Assembly: GCF_003326755.1 (NCBI RefSeq)
Contig: NZ_JPWH01000001.1
Coordinates: forward strand, 94,227-118,226
Direction of reading: 5' to 3'
DNA length: 24,000 nt
DNA from: Thalassospira profundimaris
GTDB taxonomy: Bacteria > Pseudomonadota > Alphaproteobacteria > Rhodospirillales > Thalassospiraceae
Below the pieces are notes generated by a model. The model worked only from the letters and a program-made list of their open reading frames with translations, was not told where the DNA came from and searched no databases. Shown here piece after piece: positions 1 through 9,517 of the stretch; the stretch's first letter is position 1; each line of letters begins with the position of its first letter. The translations under genes and the position numbers were made by a program.

Positions 1-197
1 AACCGGCGGCGCTGACCAACCATCATCAGAAGACCACGACGGCTGTGGAAGTCGTGGTTATGTTCTTTCATGTGTTCGGTCAGGTTTTTGATCCGTTCGG
101 TCAGAATGGCAACCTGGACCTCGGGGGAACCGGTGTCGCCTTCTTTCTGGCCAAATTCTTTGATCAGGTCGGTTTTACGTTCAGCAGTAATCGACAT
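1..197 (-). CDS. rpsO: 30S ribosomal protein S15, 5' part only (the gene's 3' end runs off the left edge of the window)
   Basis: My own translation of the reverse complement from the ATG at 197-195 gives [64 protein letters not shown], a typical S15 sequence. An AAGGA Shine-Dalgarno lies upstream. This ORF is absent from the ORF track because it is truncated by the window edge. Confidence 0.93.
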   Translation of the reverse strand, partial: MSITAERKTDLIKEFGQKEGDTGSPEVQVAILTERIKNLTEHMKEHNHDFHSRRGLLMMVGQRRR

Positions 198-214
198 CAG
201 GCATCCTTTCGCCT

Positions 215-1141
215 TTAAAGATTAAATACACGCACCGGGCGGATTTCGCCGCCATGAATCTCGGCCAGCGCAACAGCGCGGTCGTTCAGCATGGCACAGA
301 CGATCCCGTCCCGGGCGACGGAGGTACCGAGTTCGCTCCGCTTGACCACCGGCAACAGCCCGACAGGCTGCCCGCTGGCAAGACGTTGCGCCTCGACTTC
401 GGTCAGGGCCAGCGCCGGGATGTCGTCCAGCGCGGTCTCGACCGGAAGCAGTTTTTCCATTACCGCCTCGGGATCCATCTCCAGCAGTTCCTGCAGGGGA
501 ATGGAATCACCTTCCGCAAACGGCCCCGCCGATGTCCGGCGCAGGGCGGCAATGTGGCCGACAGTGCCAAGGCGCAGCGCAATATCGCGCGCCAGCGACC
601 GCATATATGCCCCTTTGCCCGACATTACATCGAACACGGCATGATCGCGATCAGGCATGTCAACCAGACGAAGATCTTTTATCAAAATCGGACGCGCTTT
701 CAAAACCACGTCTTCATCGCGGCGCGCAAGGTCATAGGCCCGTTTGCCATTCACCTTGATTGCCGAAAATTTTGGCGGCACCTGCTGAATTTCGCCAATG
801 AATTCACCCAGCACGGCCTCGATCTCGTCGCGAGTCGGGCGATGATCCGATGTGGCAGTTACATCGCCTTCGGCATCATCGGTGCTGCGTGATTCCCCGA
901 ATTTCAGGGTAACGCGGTAACTTTTACTTCCATCCATGACATAGGCGACGGTTTTTGTCGCCTCGCCAAAGGCAATGGGCAAAACGCCGGTCGCCAGCGG
1001 GTCCAGTGTCCCGCCGTGCCCGGCCTTGGCCGCATCAAGCAGACGACGCACCTGGTTAACCACGGTTGAAGACGTGATTTCCAGGGGTTTGTCAACTGCC
1101 AGCCAGCCGCTGATTATTTTGCCGCGACGCCGACGCGCCAT
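215..1141 (-). CDS. truB: tRNA pseudouridine(55) synthase TruB
   Basis: 308-aa ORF. It contains the TruB motif [15 protein letters not shown] with the catalytic Asp. It sits in the conserved infB-rbfA-truB-rpsO context. Confidence 0.95.
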   Translation of the reverse strand: MARRRRGKIISGWLAVDKPLEITSSTVVNQVRRLLDAAKAGHGGTLDPLATGVLPIAFGEATKTVAYVMDGSKSYRVTLKFGESRSTDDAEGDVTATSDHRPTRDEIEAVLGEFIGEIQQVPPKFSAIKVNGKRAYDLARRDEDVVLKARPILIKDLRLVDMPDRDHAVFDVMSGKGAYMRSLARDIALRLGTVGHIAALRRTSAGPFAEGDSIPLQELLEMDPEAVMEKLLPVETALDDIPALALTEVEAQRLASGQPVGLLPVVKRSELGTSVARDGIVCAMLNDRAVALAEIHGGEIRPVRVFNL

Positions 1142-1563
1142 CAGTCGTCCTCTTTGTCGTAATCATCCGAATCGCTCTCGGATGACAGGTCCTGTGCCAC
1201 ATGCGGGTCGCGCAACAGCTCCCCGATATGATCGGACATATCAAAGCTGGTGTCTTCGACAAATCGCAATGCCGGGACATATTTCATATGCACGCTATTG
1301 GCAACATGACTTCGCAAAATACCCTTCTGGCGTTTCAGCGCCTCTAGGGTCGGTTTGGCATCACCACCGCCTAACGGGGTGACGGCCACCATTGCATTGC
1401 GCATGTCGGGACTCAGGTCAACCTTGGTCACGGTAATCGGACGACGCGACAATTCCGGGTCGTAAATATCACCGCGCTCAAGCGCATAGGACAGCGCCTG
1501 GCGGATTTCCTCCGCCACGCGTAACTGTCGCTGACTGGGGCCTTTGGCTGATTGCTTCGACAT
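1141..1563 (-). CDS. rbfA: Ribosome-binding factor A
   Basis: 140-aa ORF beginning ...SQRQLRVAEEIRQALS..., with an acidic C-terminal tail. It lies directly downstream of infB and overlaps the truB start by 1 nt. Confidence 0.92.
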   Translation of the reverse strand: MSKQSAKGPSQRQLRVAEEIRQALSYALERGDIYDPELSRRPITVTKVDLSPDMRNAMVAVTPLGGGDAKPTLEALKRQKGILRSHVANSVHMKYVPALRFVEDTSFDMSDHIGELLRDPHVAQDLSSESDSDDYDKEDD

Positions 1564-1585
1564 ATCAGTATCAATCGCGTCTTGC

Positions 1586-4387
1586 TTAAAGCTCGACTGC
1601 GACTTCCTCCTGCTCGAAGCACTCGATCACGTCGCCAACGGCAATGTCATTGTATTTCGCAAAGGACATCCCGCATTCATAACCCTCGCGGACTTCCTTG
1701 ACTTCGTCCTTGAAGCGACGCAGCGTCGAAAGTTCGCCGGTATGAATGACAACGTTGTCGCGCAGCAGGCGCACGCCCGCACCACGCTTGACCGTGCCTT
1801 CGGTAATCATACAACCGGCAATGCGGTTGCCCGAAATGGTGAACACTTCGCGGATCTGCGCATAGCCCAGGAACTTCTCGCGAACTTCCGGCGAGAGCAT
1901 GCCGCTCAGCATGGCCTTGGTGTCATCGGCAACATCGTAAATGATCGAATAATACCGAATATCGACATTGTCACGGCGGGCCTGTTCACGGGCCTGCTGG
2001 TTGGCACGCACGTTAAAGCCGATGATCAGCGCGTTCGAGGCACGGGCCAGGGTCACATCGGATTCGTTGATCCCGCCAACACCGCTGTGAAGGACGCGAA
2101 CACTGACTTCCTCGTTACCCAGCTTCTGCAGGGTGCCAATAAGAGCCTCGACCGAGCCCTGCACGTCACCCTTGATGACAACCGGCAGTTCCTTAAGGTC
2201 GCCATTGCTGGTGAACATGTTTTCAAGCGCCGATTTCTTCATCGCGGCAGCCTGCTGTTCACGAATGCGACGCTGGCGGAAGTCGGAAACTTCACGGGCC
2301 TTGGCTTCGCTTTCGACCACAACAAAGTCATCACCGGCAGATGGCACACCGTTAAGGCCGTTAACCTCGACCGGCATCCCCGGAATGGCTTCCTGAACGC
2401 GCGTCCCGTGATCGTCGATCAGGGCGCGGACACGGCCCCATTCAGCACCGGTGACAAAGATATCGCCGGTTTTAAGCGTCCCACGCTGCACCAGAACCGT
2501 GGCAACCGGGCCACGACCCTTTTCCATACGCGCTTCAACGACGACGCCATCGGCAACGCGGTTCGGGTTGGCTTTCAGGTCCAGCACTTCCGCCTGCAAC
2601 AGGATGGCTTCCTCAAGGTCGGTCAGTCCCATGCCAGCCTTGGCCGAAACTTCAACCGCCTGCACATCACCGCCCATTTCTTCCACAACAACTTCGTGCT
2701 GGAGCAGTTCGGTTTTCACGCGGTTGGCATCGGCACCCGGCTTGTCCATCTTGTTGATGGCAACAATCATCGGTACTTCGGCGGCCTTGGCATGGCTGAT
2801 GGCTTCGATGGTTTGCGGCATGACGGAATCGTCAGCAGCCACCACCAGAACAACAATGTCCGTGACCTGGGCACCGCGCGAGCGCATTTCGGTAAAGGCG
2901 GCGTGGCCCGGCGTATCGATAAAGGTAATTTTGGCACTGTTGGCCATCGTCACCTGATAGGCACCGATATGCTGGGTAATGCCACCGGCTTCGCCGCTAA
3001 CCACGTCGGTTTTACGCAGCGCATCCAGCAACGAGGTTTTACCGTGGTCAACGTGCCCCATCACGGTCACGACCGGCGGACGGGAAATAAGCTGCTCGTC
3101 GGTATCATCGGCAACAACCAGCGCCTCTTCAACGTCGGCATCGGAAACGCGCTTCATGTTGTGGCCGAATTCCTCGACAACAAGCTGGGCGGTATCGGGG
3201 TCAAGGCTCTGGTTGATGGTGGCCATAACACCAAGACCCATCAGGCACTTGATCACATCGGCGGCACGTTCGGCCATACGGTTGGCAAGTTCCTGGACCG
3301 TAATGGTATCGGGAACAATAACTTCGCGAATAACTTTTTCTTTCGGTTTCTGCTGGCCCTGGTTACGGGCTTTGGCTTTGGCCTGCTGGCGCTTGATCGA
3401 GGCCATCGACCGGCGACGACCGCCTTCATCACCACTCATGGCGGTGTTGATCGACAGCTTGCCACGGCGGCGGCTGGTATCTTCGGTCTTGCCACGCGAC
3501 CCGCGACCGGCAATTTCGGCTTCTTCCGCCCGCTTGCGCGCAGCTGCCGAACGGACTTCTTCCTCGTCCAGTTCCTTGCGGCTTTTGGGCTTGGAAGCAG
3601 ACGGGGCGGCACGGCGACGTTCTTCGGGTACCAGCGGTTCAGCCGGTGCGCCCGGAATGACTTCTTCCTCAACCTTCTTGCGGGCTTCGGGTTTCGGACG
3701 CGGCTGGGCCTTGGTGCGCGGTGCGGACGCATCGCGGGCCGGTTCACTGCCATCATCTGCTGCTTTTTTCGCAGCAGGTGCCTTTGCCGGTTCAGCAGCG
3801 GCCTCGGTTTTGGCCTGGGCGGCCTCTGCCTTCGCCTTTTCTTCGGCCTGGCGGGCGGCTTCTTCAGCTTCGGCTTTCTTGCGCGCGGCTTCCTCTTCGG
3901 CCTTGCGGGCCGCTTCCTTGCGCGCCTGTTCAGCGGCAGCTTCTTCCTGCTTGCGGCGTTCCTCGGCGGCCATCAGGGCGGCCATACGGGCGGCACGCTC
4001 GTTCTGGGTCAGGCTGCCCTGGTCATCATTGCGCGGGCGCTGCGGGGCCGGTTTGGGCTTGTGGCGCTGCGGCGATGCCGGTTTGGACGCGGCTGGCGCA
4101 GGCTTCTTGGGTGCCGGGGCCGGGGCCGGTTTGCTTTCCGGTGCCGACGAAGGCGTGCTTGCCGGGGCCGCATTTTCAGCCTTGGCAGCATCATCCTTGT
4201 TCACTTCGCGGAAGCGGCCGGATTCGTTCTGTTCAAAAGTACGCTTCTTGCGCACTTCCACGGCCACAGATTTGGACCGTCCGTGCGAGAAGCTTTGGCG
4301 CACCTGCCCAGCCTCGACCGTCTTGCGTAATTCAAGCTTCGATCGATTGAGGCTTAGCGGCTTCTTCTCCTGATCGCGATCACTCAT
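1586..4387 (-). CDS. infB: Translation initiation factor IF-2
   Basis: 933-aa ORF. GTPase motifs are present: [19 protein letters not shown] and NKMD. The N-terminal region is low-complexity and rich in Ala/Glu/Lys/Pro, as is typical of IF-2. Confidence 0.97.
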   Translation of the reverse strand: MSDRDQEKKPLSLNRSKLELRKTVEAGQVRQSFSHGRSKSVAVEVRKKRTFEQNESGRFREVNKDDAAKAENAAPASTPSSAPESKPAPAPAPKKPAPAASKPASPQRHKPKPAPQRPRNDDQGSLTQNERAARMAALMAAEERRKQEEAAAEQARKEAARKAEEEAARKKAEAEEAARQAEEKAKAEAAQAKTEAAAEPAKAPAAKKAADDGSEPARDASAPRTKAQPRPKPEARKKVEEEVIPGAPAEPLVPEERRRAAPSASKPKSRKELDEEEVRSAAARKRAEEAEIAGRGSRGKTEDTSRRRGKLSINTAMSGDEGGRRRSMASIKRQQAKAKARNQGQQKPKEKVIREVIVPDTITVQELANRMAERAADVIKCLMGLGVMATINQSLDPDTAQLVVEEFGHNMKRVSDADVEEALVVADDTDEQLISRPPVVTVMGHVDHGKTSLLDALRKTDVVSGEAGGITQHIGAYQVTMANSAKITFIDTPGHAAFTEMRSRGAQVTDIVVLVVAADDSVMPQTIEAISHAKAAEVPMIVAINKMDKPGADANRVKTELLQHEVVVEEMGGDVQAVEVSAKAGMGLTDLEEAILLQAEVLDLKANPNRVADGVVVEARMEKGRGPVATVLVQRGTLKTGDIFVTGAEWGRVRALIDDHGTRVQEAIPGMPVEVNGLNGVPSAGDDFVVVESEAKAREVSDFRQRRIREQQAAAMKKSALENMFTSNGDLKELPVVIKGDVQGSVEALIGTLQKLGNEEVSVRVLHSGVGGINESDVTLARASNALIIGFNVRANQQAREQARRDNVDIRYYSIIYDVADDTKAMLSGMLSPEVREKFLGYAQIREVFTISGNRIAGCMITEGTVKRGAGVRLLRDNVVIHTGELSTLRRFKDEVKEVREGYECGMSFAKYNDIAVGDVIECFEQEEVAVEL

Positions 4388-4467
4388 AATCCGTCCAACT
4401 TCCTCATTTCCTGCGGGATCGGTCGCCTGGCGGCCAATCCTGTTCTTCCGTACGGCGCGGCCTGCCT

Positions 4468-5058
4468 TCAGGCTGCGCGAAATCCTTCAAGCCGCTCTAG
4501 TGCCCGGCTTAGGCGTTGCGCCAGACCACCTGGAGCAACAGCCGCATGTACTGCGTGATCGCGGCCAAAAGCCGCTGCAATCTCGGCAGCATCCAGAACG
4601 GAAAAAACCGCTATATCGGCAGCTTTCGCCGCGATACGCGCCTTTCCGTCCGCAGCACCGTCACGTGCCGCCAATATCAGTTCCGCGCCGTCATCTATCT
4701 GGGCGCGAACCTTCTCAAACCCGGCGACAGCCTGCCCGGCACGACGCGCCAGAGACAGCAGATCAACGCATTTTTGCGACAGCATTGCTTCAATCCTGTC
4801 TGCCAGCGCCGGGTCAATCACGACTTTTTGCCGCGCCGCCCGGGCAAAGGCATTTTTTGCACAGGCGGTATTTACCACATCCCGCGACGGGCACAACCAT
4901 AATCCCCGTCCGGGCAACCGTTCATCCAGATCGGGAACGACACTGTTATCCGGGCCGATCACAAATCTGATAAGGTCTTCTTTTAACCGGACCTCGCCGG
5001 TGACAATGCACCGGCGCTCCGGGAGCTCGCGTTCCTTGCCGCCTTTACGGTGCGACAT
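4468..5058 (-). CDS. YlxR/RnpM-like (DUF448) RNA-binding protein with a C-terminal L7Ae-like extension
   Basis: 196-aa ORF. It contains RRCIVTGEV...LIRFV...GRGLWLC, the DUF448/YlxR signature. It occupies the conserved position between nusA and infB. Confidence 0.85.
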   Translation of the reverse strand: MSHRKGGKERELPERRCIVTGEVRLKEDLIRFVIGPDNSVVPDLDERLPGRGLWLCPSRDVVNTACAKNAFARAARQKVVIDPALADRIEAMLSQKCVDLLSLARRAGQAVAGFEKVRAQIDDGAELILAARDGAADGKARIAAKAADIAVFSVLDAAEIAAAFGRDHAVHAAVAPGGLAQRLSRALERLEGFRAA

Positions 5059-5077
5059 GGTCCCCTCCGATCAGCGA

Positions 5078-6643
5078 TCAGGCGTCTTCGCCTTCCGCTC
5101 CGGCTTCGCCGGTTTCTTCTTCCAGGTCATCAAACCAACCCAGACGACGGCGGGCTTCCATGATCAGTTCATTGGCCTGGTCAAGGGTGATGGTTTCGGC
5201 AGAGCCGGCAAATTCAATCAGCTCGTCGCTGGCAAGATCGGCGAAATCTTCAAGATTCTTGACGCCATTTTCGCCAAGCTGAACCGCAACCGCAAGCGAG
5301 ATTCCCGGGAATTCGACCAGATCATCCTGAACGCCAAGTTCGTCGCGGCGGCCCTGAAGGCGCTCGGCTTCCTCGGCAAGATAGCTCCGCGCACGACCGC
5401 GCAGTTCTTCGGCAAGTTCTTCCTCGAAACCTTCGATTTCCGCCAGTTCGGCCAGCGGCACATAACCGACTTCCTCGATCGAGGTAAAGCCTTCAGCCAC
5501 GAGGAGATGGGCAATCACCTCATCCACGTCAAGGGCCTTGATGAACATTTCAGCGCGCTTGCGGGCTTCTTCCTGGCGACGTTCGCTTTCGTCTTCCTCG
5601 GTCAGGATATCAATATCCCACCCGGTCAGCTGGGATGCCAGACGCACATTCTGACCACGACGGCCAATAGCGAGGCTCAACTGATCGTCGGGCACAACCA
5701 CTTCGATGCGGTTGGCGTCTTCATCAATCACAACCTTGGTGACTTCGGCCGGAGCCAGCGCATTCACCACAAAGGTTGCCGGGTCTTCCGACCACTGGAT
5801 GATATCGATTTTTTCGCCCTGCAATTCGCCAACAACCGCCTGGACGCGCGACCCGCGCATACCAACGCAAGCCCCGACCGGATCAATCGAGCTGTCCGAG
5901 GACTGAACCGAAATCTTGGCGCGCGACCCGGGGTCACGGGCAACCGATTTGATGGTGATAATATTGTCGTAAATTTCCGGCACTTCCTGGGCAAACAGTT
6001 TTGCCATGAAAGTCGGATGGGTTCGCGACAGGAAAATCTGCGGGCCGCGCTGTTCACGACGCACATCCAGGATCAGGGCACGCACCCGGTCCCCCTGGCG
6101 CATGGTTTCACGCGGGATCAGTTCTTCACGGCGCAAAATGGCTTCGGCCCGGCCCAGATCGACCAGAACATTGCCAAATTCGACACGTTTGACGGCACCA
6201 TTGATGACTTCGCCAATACGGTCCTGATATTCGTTGAACTGGCGTTCACGTTCGGCATCACGCACCTTTTGCACAATCACCTGTTTGGCGGTTTGTGCAG
6301 CGATACGGCCAAAGTCAATCGGCGGCAGCGGATCGATCAGATATTCGCCAAGCTGGATGTTTTCGTCACGAATACGCGCCTGTTCCAGCGACATCTGGGT
6401 GAAATCGTTTTCGATGTCATCGGTGACTTCGATAAAACGTGCCAGGCGAATTTCGCCGGTTTTGCGGTCGATATGCGCACGAATGTCATGTTCATGGCCA
6501 TAACGCGAACGGCCGGCCTTTTGAATGGCCTGCTCCATCGCCCCCAGAACCTCGTCCCGATCAATGCCTTTTTCGCGGGCGACAGCATCAGCGACCTGCA
6601 AAAGCTCCGGCCGCGGCATTCCCGAAGTTGCTTCCATATCCAA
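5078..6643 (-). CDS. nusA: Transcription termination/antitermination factor NusA
   Basis: 521-aa ORF with an S1-like region, KH regions (IGRRGQNVRLASQLTGWDIDI) and an acidic C-terminal repeat domain. It lies in the rimP-nusA-infB operon context. Confidence 0.96.
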   Translation of the reverse strand: MDMEATSGMPRPELLQVADAVAREKGIDRDEVLGAMEQAIQKAGRSRYGHEHDIRAHIDRKTGEIRLARFIEVTDDIENDFTQMSLEQARIRDENIQLGEYLIDPLPPIDFGRIAAQTAKQVIVQKVRDAERERQFNEYQDRIGEVINGAVKRVEFGNVLVDLGRAEAILRREELIPRETMRQGDRVRALILDVRREQRGPQIFLSRTHPTFMAKLFAQEVPEIYDNIITIKSVARDPGSRAKISVQSSDSSIDPVGACVGMRGSRVQAVVGELQGEKIDIIQWSEDPATFVVNALAPAEVTKVVIDEDANRIEVVVPDDQLSLAIGRRGQNVRLASQLTGWDIDILTEEDESERRQEEARKRAEMFIKALDVDEVIAHLLVAEGFTSIEEVGYVPLAELAEIEGFEEELAEELRGRARSYLAEEAERLQGRRDELGVQDDLVEFPGISLAVAVQLGENGVKNLEDFADLASDELIEFAGSAETITLDQANELIMEARRRLGWFDDLEEETGEAGAEGEDA

Positions 6644-6646
6644 CCT

Positions 6647-7234
6647 CTATTCTGCGTTGTCGTCAGACCGGCGCGGGCCGGTGACATGCGCGATCAATTC
6701 ATCTGTCAGCACGAGTTTCGCCTTTGCGATATCGGCCAACGGCAACAATTCGCGTTCGCCGTCCACTATTATGGCGACCGCATCATCTTCGAGTCCATCC
6801 AGCTTTCCGCTGAAACGGCGGCGACCGGCAACAGCCACCACCAGTTCGACCTTGGCGTCAAAACCGCGCCAAACATCAAAATCCTTGCGCCGGGTCAGGG
6901 GCCGGTCAATTCCCGGCGAACTGACTTCAAGATTGTAAGCACCGGAAATCGGGTCATCGACATCCAGCAATGCCGACACCGTGCGGCTGATTTCAGCGCA
7001 ATCCTCGACATTGATGGTGCCTTTTCCTTCGGGGCGATCCGCCATAATTTGCAGGATCTGGCTGTCCTTGCCCATCATGGACACACGTACCAGTTCAAAC
7101 CCCAGTGCCTCTATCGACGGTGCAATAATATCCGCGATCCGCGACAAAAGCGGGTCTTTCAACTGCTGTCCGATCAGTTCAGCCATATAGAATGCCATAC
7201 CCCAAAATGCACAAAAGAGCGGGCCGGGGCCCAC
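6647..7234 (-). CDS. rimP: Ribosome maturation factor RimP
   Basis: The ORF contains ...IAPSIEALGFELVRV... and LEVSSPGIDRPL, both typical of RimP, and lies immediately upstream of nusA. The true start is probably internal, at the ATG ending at 7198 or 7186, because the first 12-16 codons look non-native. Confidence 0.9.
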   Translation of the reverse strand: MGPGPLFCAFWGMAFYMAELIGQQLKDPLLSRIADIIAPSIEALGFELVRVSMMGKDSQILQIMADRPEGKGTINVEDCAEISRTVSALLDVDDPISGAYNLEVSSPGIDRPLTRRKDFDVWRGFDAKVELVVAVAGRRRFSGKLDGLEDDAVAIIVDGERELLPLADIAKAKLVLTDELIAHVTGPRRSDDNAE

Positions 7235-7350
7235 TCTTTGTTACGTTTTACAAAAAGCTTGCGCGCTGTATAACGCCATTTTCCACAGAAATCAAGTCAC
7301 GATCCTGTCTGTAACGGGCTTTCAACCAAGGGATAACCTGCCCTTGCGCG

Positions 7351-7992
7351 CTAGGCGGCCAGTCGTTGATCCTCAAGCAGAAGACCGTGAAAAAATGCAA
7401 ACGCATCATGGGCCCCCTGCATGAATTCCGCTTCTTCGGCTTCATCCAGCTCAAGTTCGTTTAATTGCGCAACAAATTCGCGCCAGTGCCTGCCACGGCC
7501 ATCGGCATGGCCGCGCAAATGACGGGCCCCAAATGTGTCATCCAGGCCAATATTGCCTGCCGCCTTTAACAAAAAGGCCGCCCCGAGGCTCGACCCTTCA
7601 CAGACATAAAGCCAGCCCAACCGGCCCGGCCCTTTTTGCGGGGCTGCCATGTGTGCCGCTGACGGCGTGGTATCTTTTGGCCGGGCAACATCAAGATCGG
7701 CCAAATCCGCACAAACATCGTCAAACCGGCTGCGCGATGACAGGCCGGGGATCAGATCATTCAAATCCGGCGCCGCATAAAGCGGCTTCATCACCCGGTG
7801 AAAGCAATATTGCATTTTGAGAAAGCGGGCATAATTGACCCGGCTGTCAAACGGCTTCATCGCCATGACCATATCGTCAATTTGCTGATGATCATCGCGG
7901 GTTGCGGCTTTTACCCGTTCGATCCGGGTCATGGCTTGCGCGCTTGCCCCTTGTGAAGACTGGTTCACATTTGCAGACTGATTGGCATTCAT
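7351..7992 (-). CDS. Heme oxygenase (biliverdin-producing, HemO/BphO-like)
   Basis: 213-aa ORF. The N-terminal helix RIERVKAATRDDHQQID carries a candidate proximal His. The distal-helix motif GWLYVCEGSSLGAAFL resembles the bacterial heme-oxygenase 'YVLEGSxLGG' motif. It is the last gene of the heme cluster. The first ~21 codons are low-complexity, so Met22 is an alternative start. Confidence 0.8.
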   Translation of the reverse strand: MNANQSANVNQSSQGASAQAMTRIERVKAATRDDHQQIDDMVMAMKPFDSRVNYARFLKMQYCFHRVMKPLYAAPDLNDLIPGLSSRSRFDDVCADLADLDVARPKDTTPSAAHMAAPQKGPGRLGWLYVCEGSSLGAAFLLKAAGNIGLDDTFGARHLRGHADGRGRHWREFVAQLNELELDEAEEAEFMQGAHDAFAFFHGLLLEDQRLAA

Positions 7993-8119
7993 TGTGGCTG
8001 GCCCCCTTCATCTCGTCCTGAAAATGGCAGGTCTGCACATTGTGTGCATGTCCCTTTGAATCTGAAACGAACCAGCCCTGCCCATATCTGACATTCGCAC
8101 AAAATAAATCGGCATGGCG

Positions 8120-9517
8120 TTATTCCTCACGAAAGGCGCGGGCGAACTGGTCGGCCAGCGGTTTTAGGAAATAACTGAGTGCAGAGCGTTCGCCCGTGGC
8201 AATAAAGGTTTCCACCGGCATACCGGGCATCAGCGGATGATCGCCAAGCCGCGCCAACTCGCCCGGTGTGATGTGCATCCGTACCGGATAGAAATTTTCA
8301 CCCGTTACCTCGTCACGCGACAAATCGGCTGCGACAAAATCCACCTGACCGGCCAGTTCCGGCGTGGTCCGGCGGTTAAAGGCGGTAAAGCGCAACATCG
8401 CCTTTTGCCCCGGATGGATCTGGTCCACATCCTGCGGGCGGGTGCGAACCTCGACCACCAGCGCATCCTGATCCGGCACAATGCCCATAATCTTTTCGCC
8501 CGCGGCAATCACCCCGCCTTCACTATGCACCTGCATTTGATAAATCGTGCCCGCATAAGGGGCGCGAATGTCGGTGCGCTGCAACTGGTCCACCAGGGCA
8601 ATTTGCCGTTGCCGTAGTTCGGCCAATTGGCGTTCCACATCCGAAAGATCGGTCAAAACTTCGGTACGCCGATCCCGTTCCAATTGCAAAATGGCCATTT
8701 CGGTTTCGGCGATTTGGGTTTGAATCGCGGCAATTTCGGATGTCAGCTCGCCATGCTGCCCCTCAAGACGGGCCTTTTCACGGCGCAAGGCCGCCACACG
8801 GGTCACGGGCACCAATTGCTTGGCAAACAGCATTTCCAGCCCGGAAAGCTCGTCCGCAATATGGCGGCCTTGTTCAATATTGGCCGTTTTCTGTGCTTTA
8901 AGGCCGCCAATCCGTTCTTCCAGTTGCAAGCGTTTTTGCTGCAATTGCTGTTTTTCGCCATTCAGGCTGTTTTTGCGGGCCTCAAACAGGCGCGTTTGCG
9001 CATGGATCAAATCGGCAATATCGGGCTGATCGCGCCGGGATGCCAAAACAGCGGGCACGACCGGCACATCCTGTTCATCACGTTCCGCCAACAGGCGCAT
9101 ATGGCGCGCCGTCAACGCATCAATCTGGCTTTCGACAATGCCAAGGCTGGCCCTGGCCCGTGTATCATCCAGCCGCACCAGCATATCCCCGGCCTGCACA
9201 TGATCACCATTGCGGACATATATCTGTCCAACAATGCCGCCATCCGGATGCTGGACAACCTTGGCATTGCTTTCCACGACAATCTTGCCGTTTGCCACCA
9301 CCGCGCCGGACAGATCCGCCAGCATCAGCCATGCCATAAACAGGGCAAATAACGCCAAAATTGATCCGGCACCAAAGAGCATATGCCGCCGCAGCGAATA
9401 TAGGGCCAGGCTTGGTTTATCCCCGTATGGCCGCGCCAGACCCGGCATGCCGGCAACGGGCTGCGTCCCCGCAACTGCCCCGGCGGAAGCGATCATGCGT
9501 TTAAACGGATGAATCAT
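8120..9517 (-). CDS. Type I secretion membrane fusion protein, HlyD family (HasE/PrtE-like)
   Basis: 465-aa ORF with a single N-terminal transmembrane segment, a long coiled-coil region (QQLQQKRLQLEERIGGLKAQK...) and a C-terminal HlyD beta-barrel region. Its start overlaps the ABC gene stop by 4 nt (9514-9517), which suggests translational coupling. Confidence 0.92.
   Translation of the reverse strand: MIHPFKRMIASAGAVAGTQPVAGMPGLARPYGDKPSLALYSLRRHMLFGAGSILALFALFMAWLMLADLSGAVVANGKIVVESNAKVVQHPDGGIVGQIYVRNGDHVQAGDMLVRLDDTRARASLGIVESQIDALTARHMRLLAERDEQDVPVVPAVLASRRDQPDIADLIHAQTRLFEARKNSLNGEKQQLQQKRLQLEERIGGLKAQKTANIEQGRHIADELSGLEMLFAKQLVPVTRVAALRREKARLEGQHGELTSEIAAIQTQIAETEMAILQLERDRRTEVLTDLSDVERQLAELRQRQIALVDQLQRTDIRAPYAGTIYQMQVHSEGGVIAAGEKIMGIVPDQDALVVEVRTRPQDVDQIHPGQKAMLRFTAFNRRTTPELAGQVDFVAADLSRDEVTGENFYPVRMHITPGELARLGDHPLMPGMPVETFIATGERSALSYFLKPLADQFARAFREE

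Noticed and set aside
3400-4250. Repetitive Ala/Glu/Lys/Pro-rich coding region that might be taken for a novel tandem repeat
   Set aside because: It is the usual low-complexity N-terminal region of IF-2, in frame within infB, so no additional feature is needed.
1544-4330. 928-aa plus-strand ORF, plus the nested plus-strand ORFs at 2979-4373 and 3721-4350, antisense to infB
   Set aside because: These lie exactly opposite a confidently identified IF-2 gene. The translations are low-complexity (runs rich in G, R, F and L) with no recognisable motifs. Long antisense ORFs like this are a typical artefact in GC-rich coding regions.
5000-7273. 757-aa plus-strand ORF antisense to nusA and rimP
   Set aside because: It spans two well-supported minus-strand genes and the junction between them. 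It has no motifs and no plausible ribosome-binding site, so it is an antisense artefact.
7327-7346. Small hairpin caaggg-ataacctg-cccttg just downstream of the heme oxygenase stop codon, as a possible terminator
   Set aside because: The stem is only 6 bp and there is no U-tract on the minus strand, which is insufficient to call a terminator.
8627-9352. 241-aa plus-strand ORF and other plus-strand ORFs within the T1SS genes (for example 10249-10827 and 9628-10101)
   Set aside because: They are antisense to the HlyD and ABC genes, which carry clear family motifs. Their sequences are rich in His, Gln, Gly and Pro and are not protein-like.
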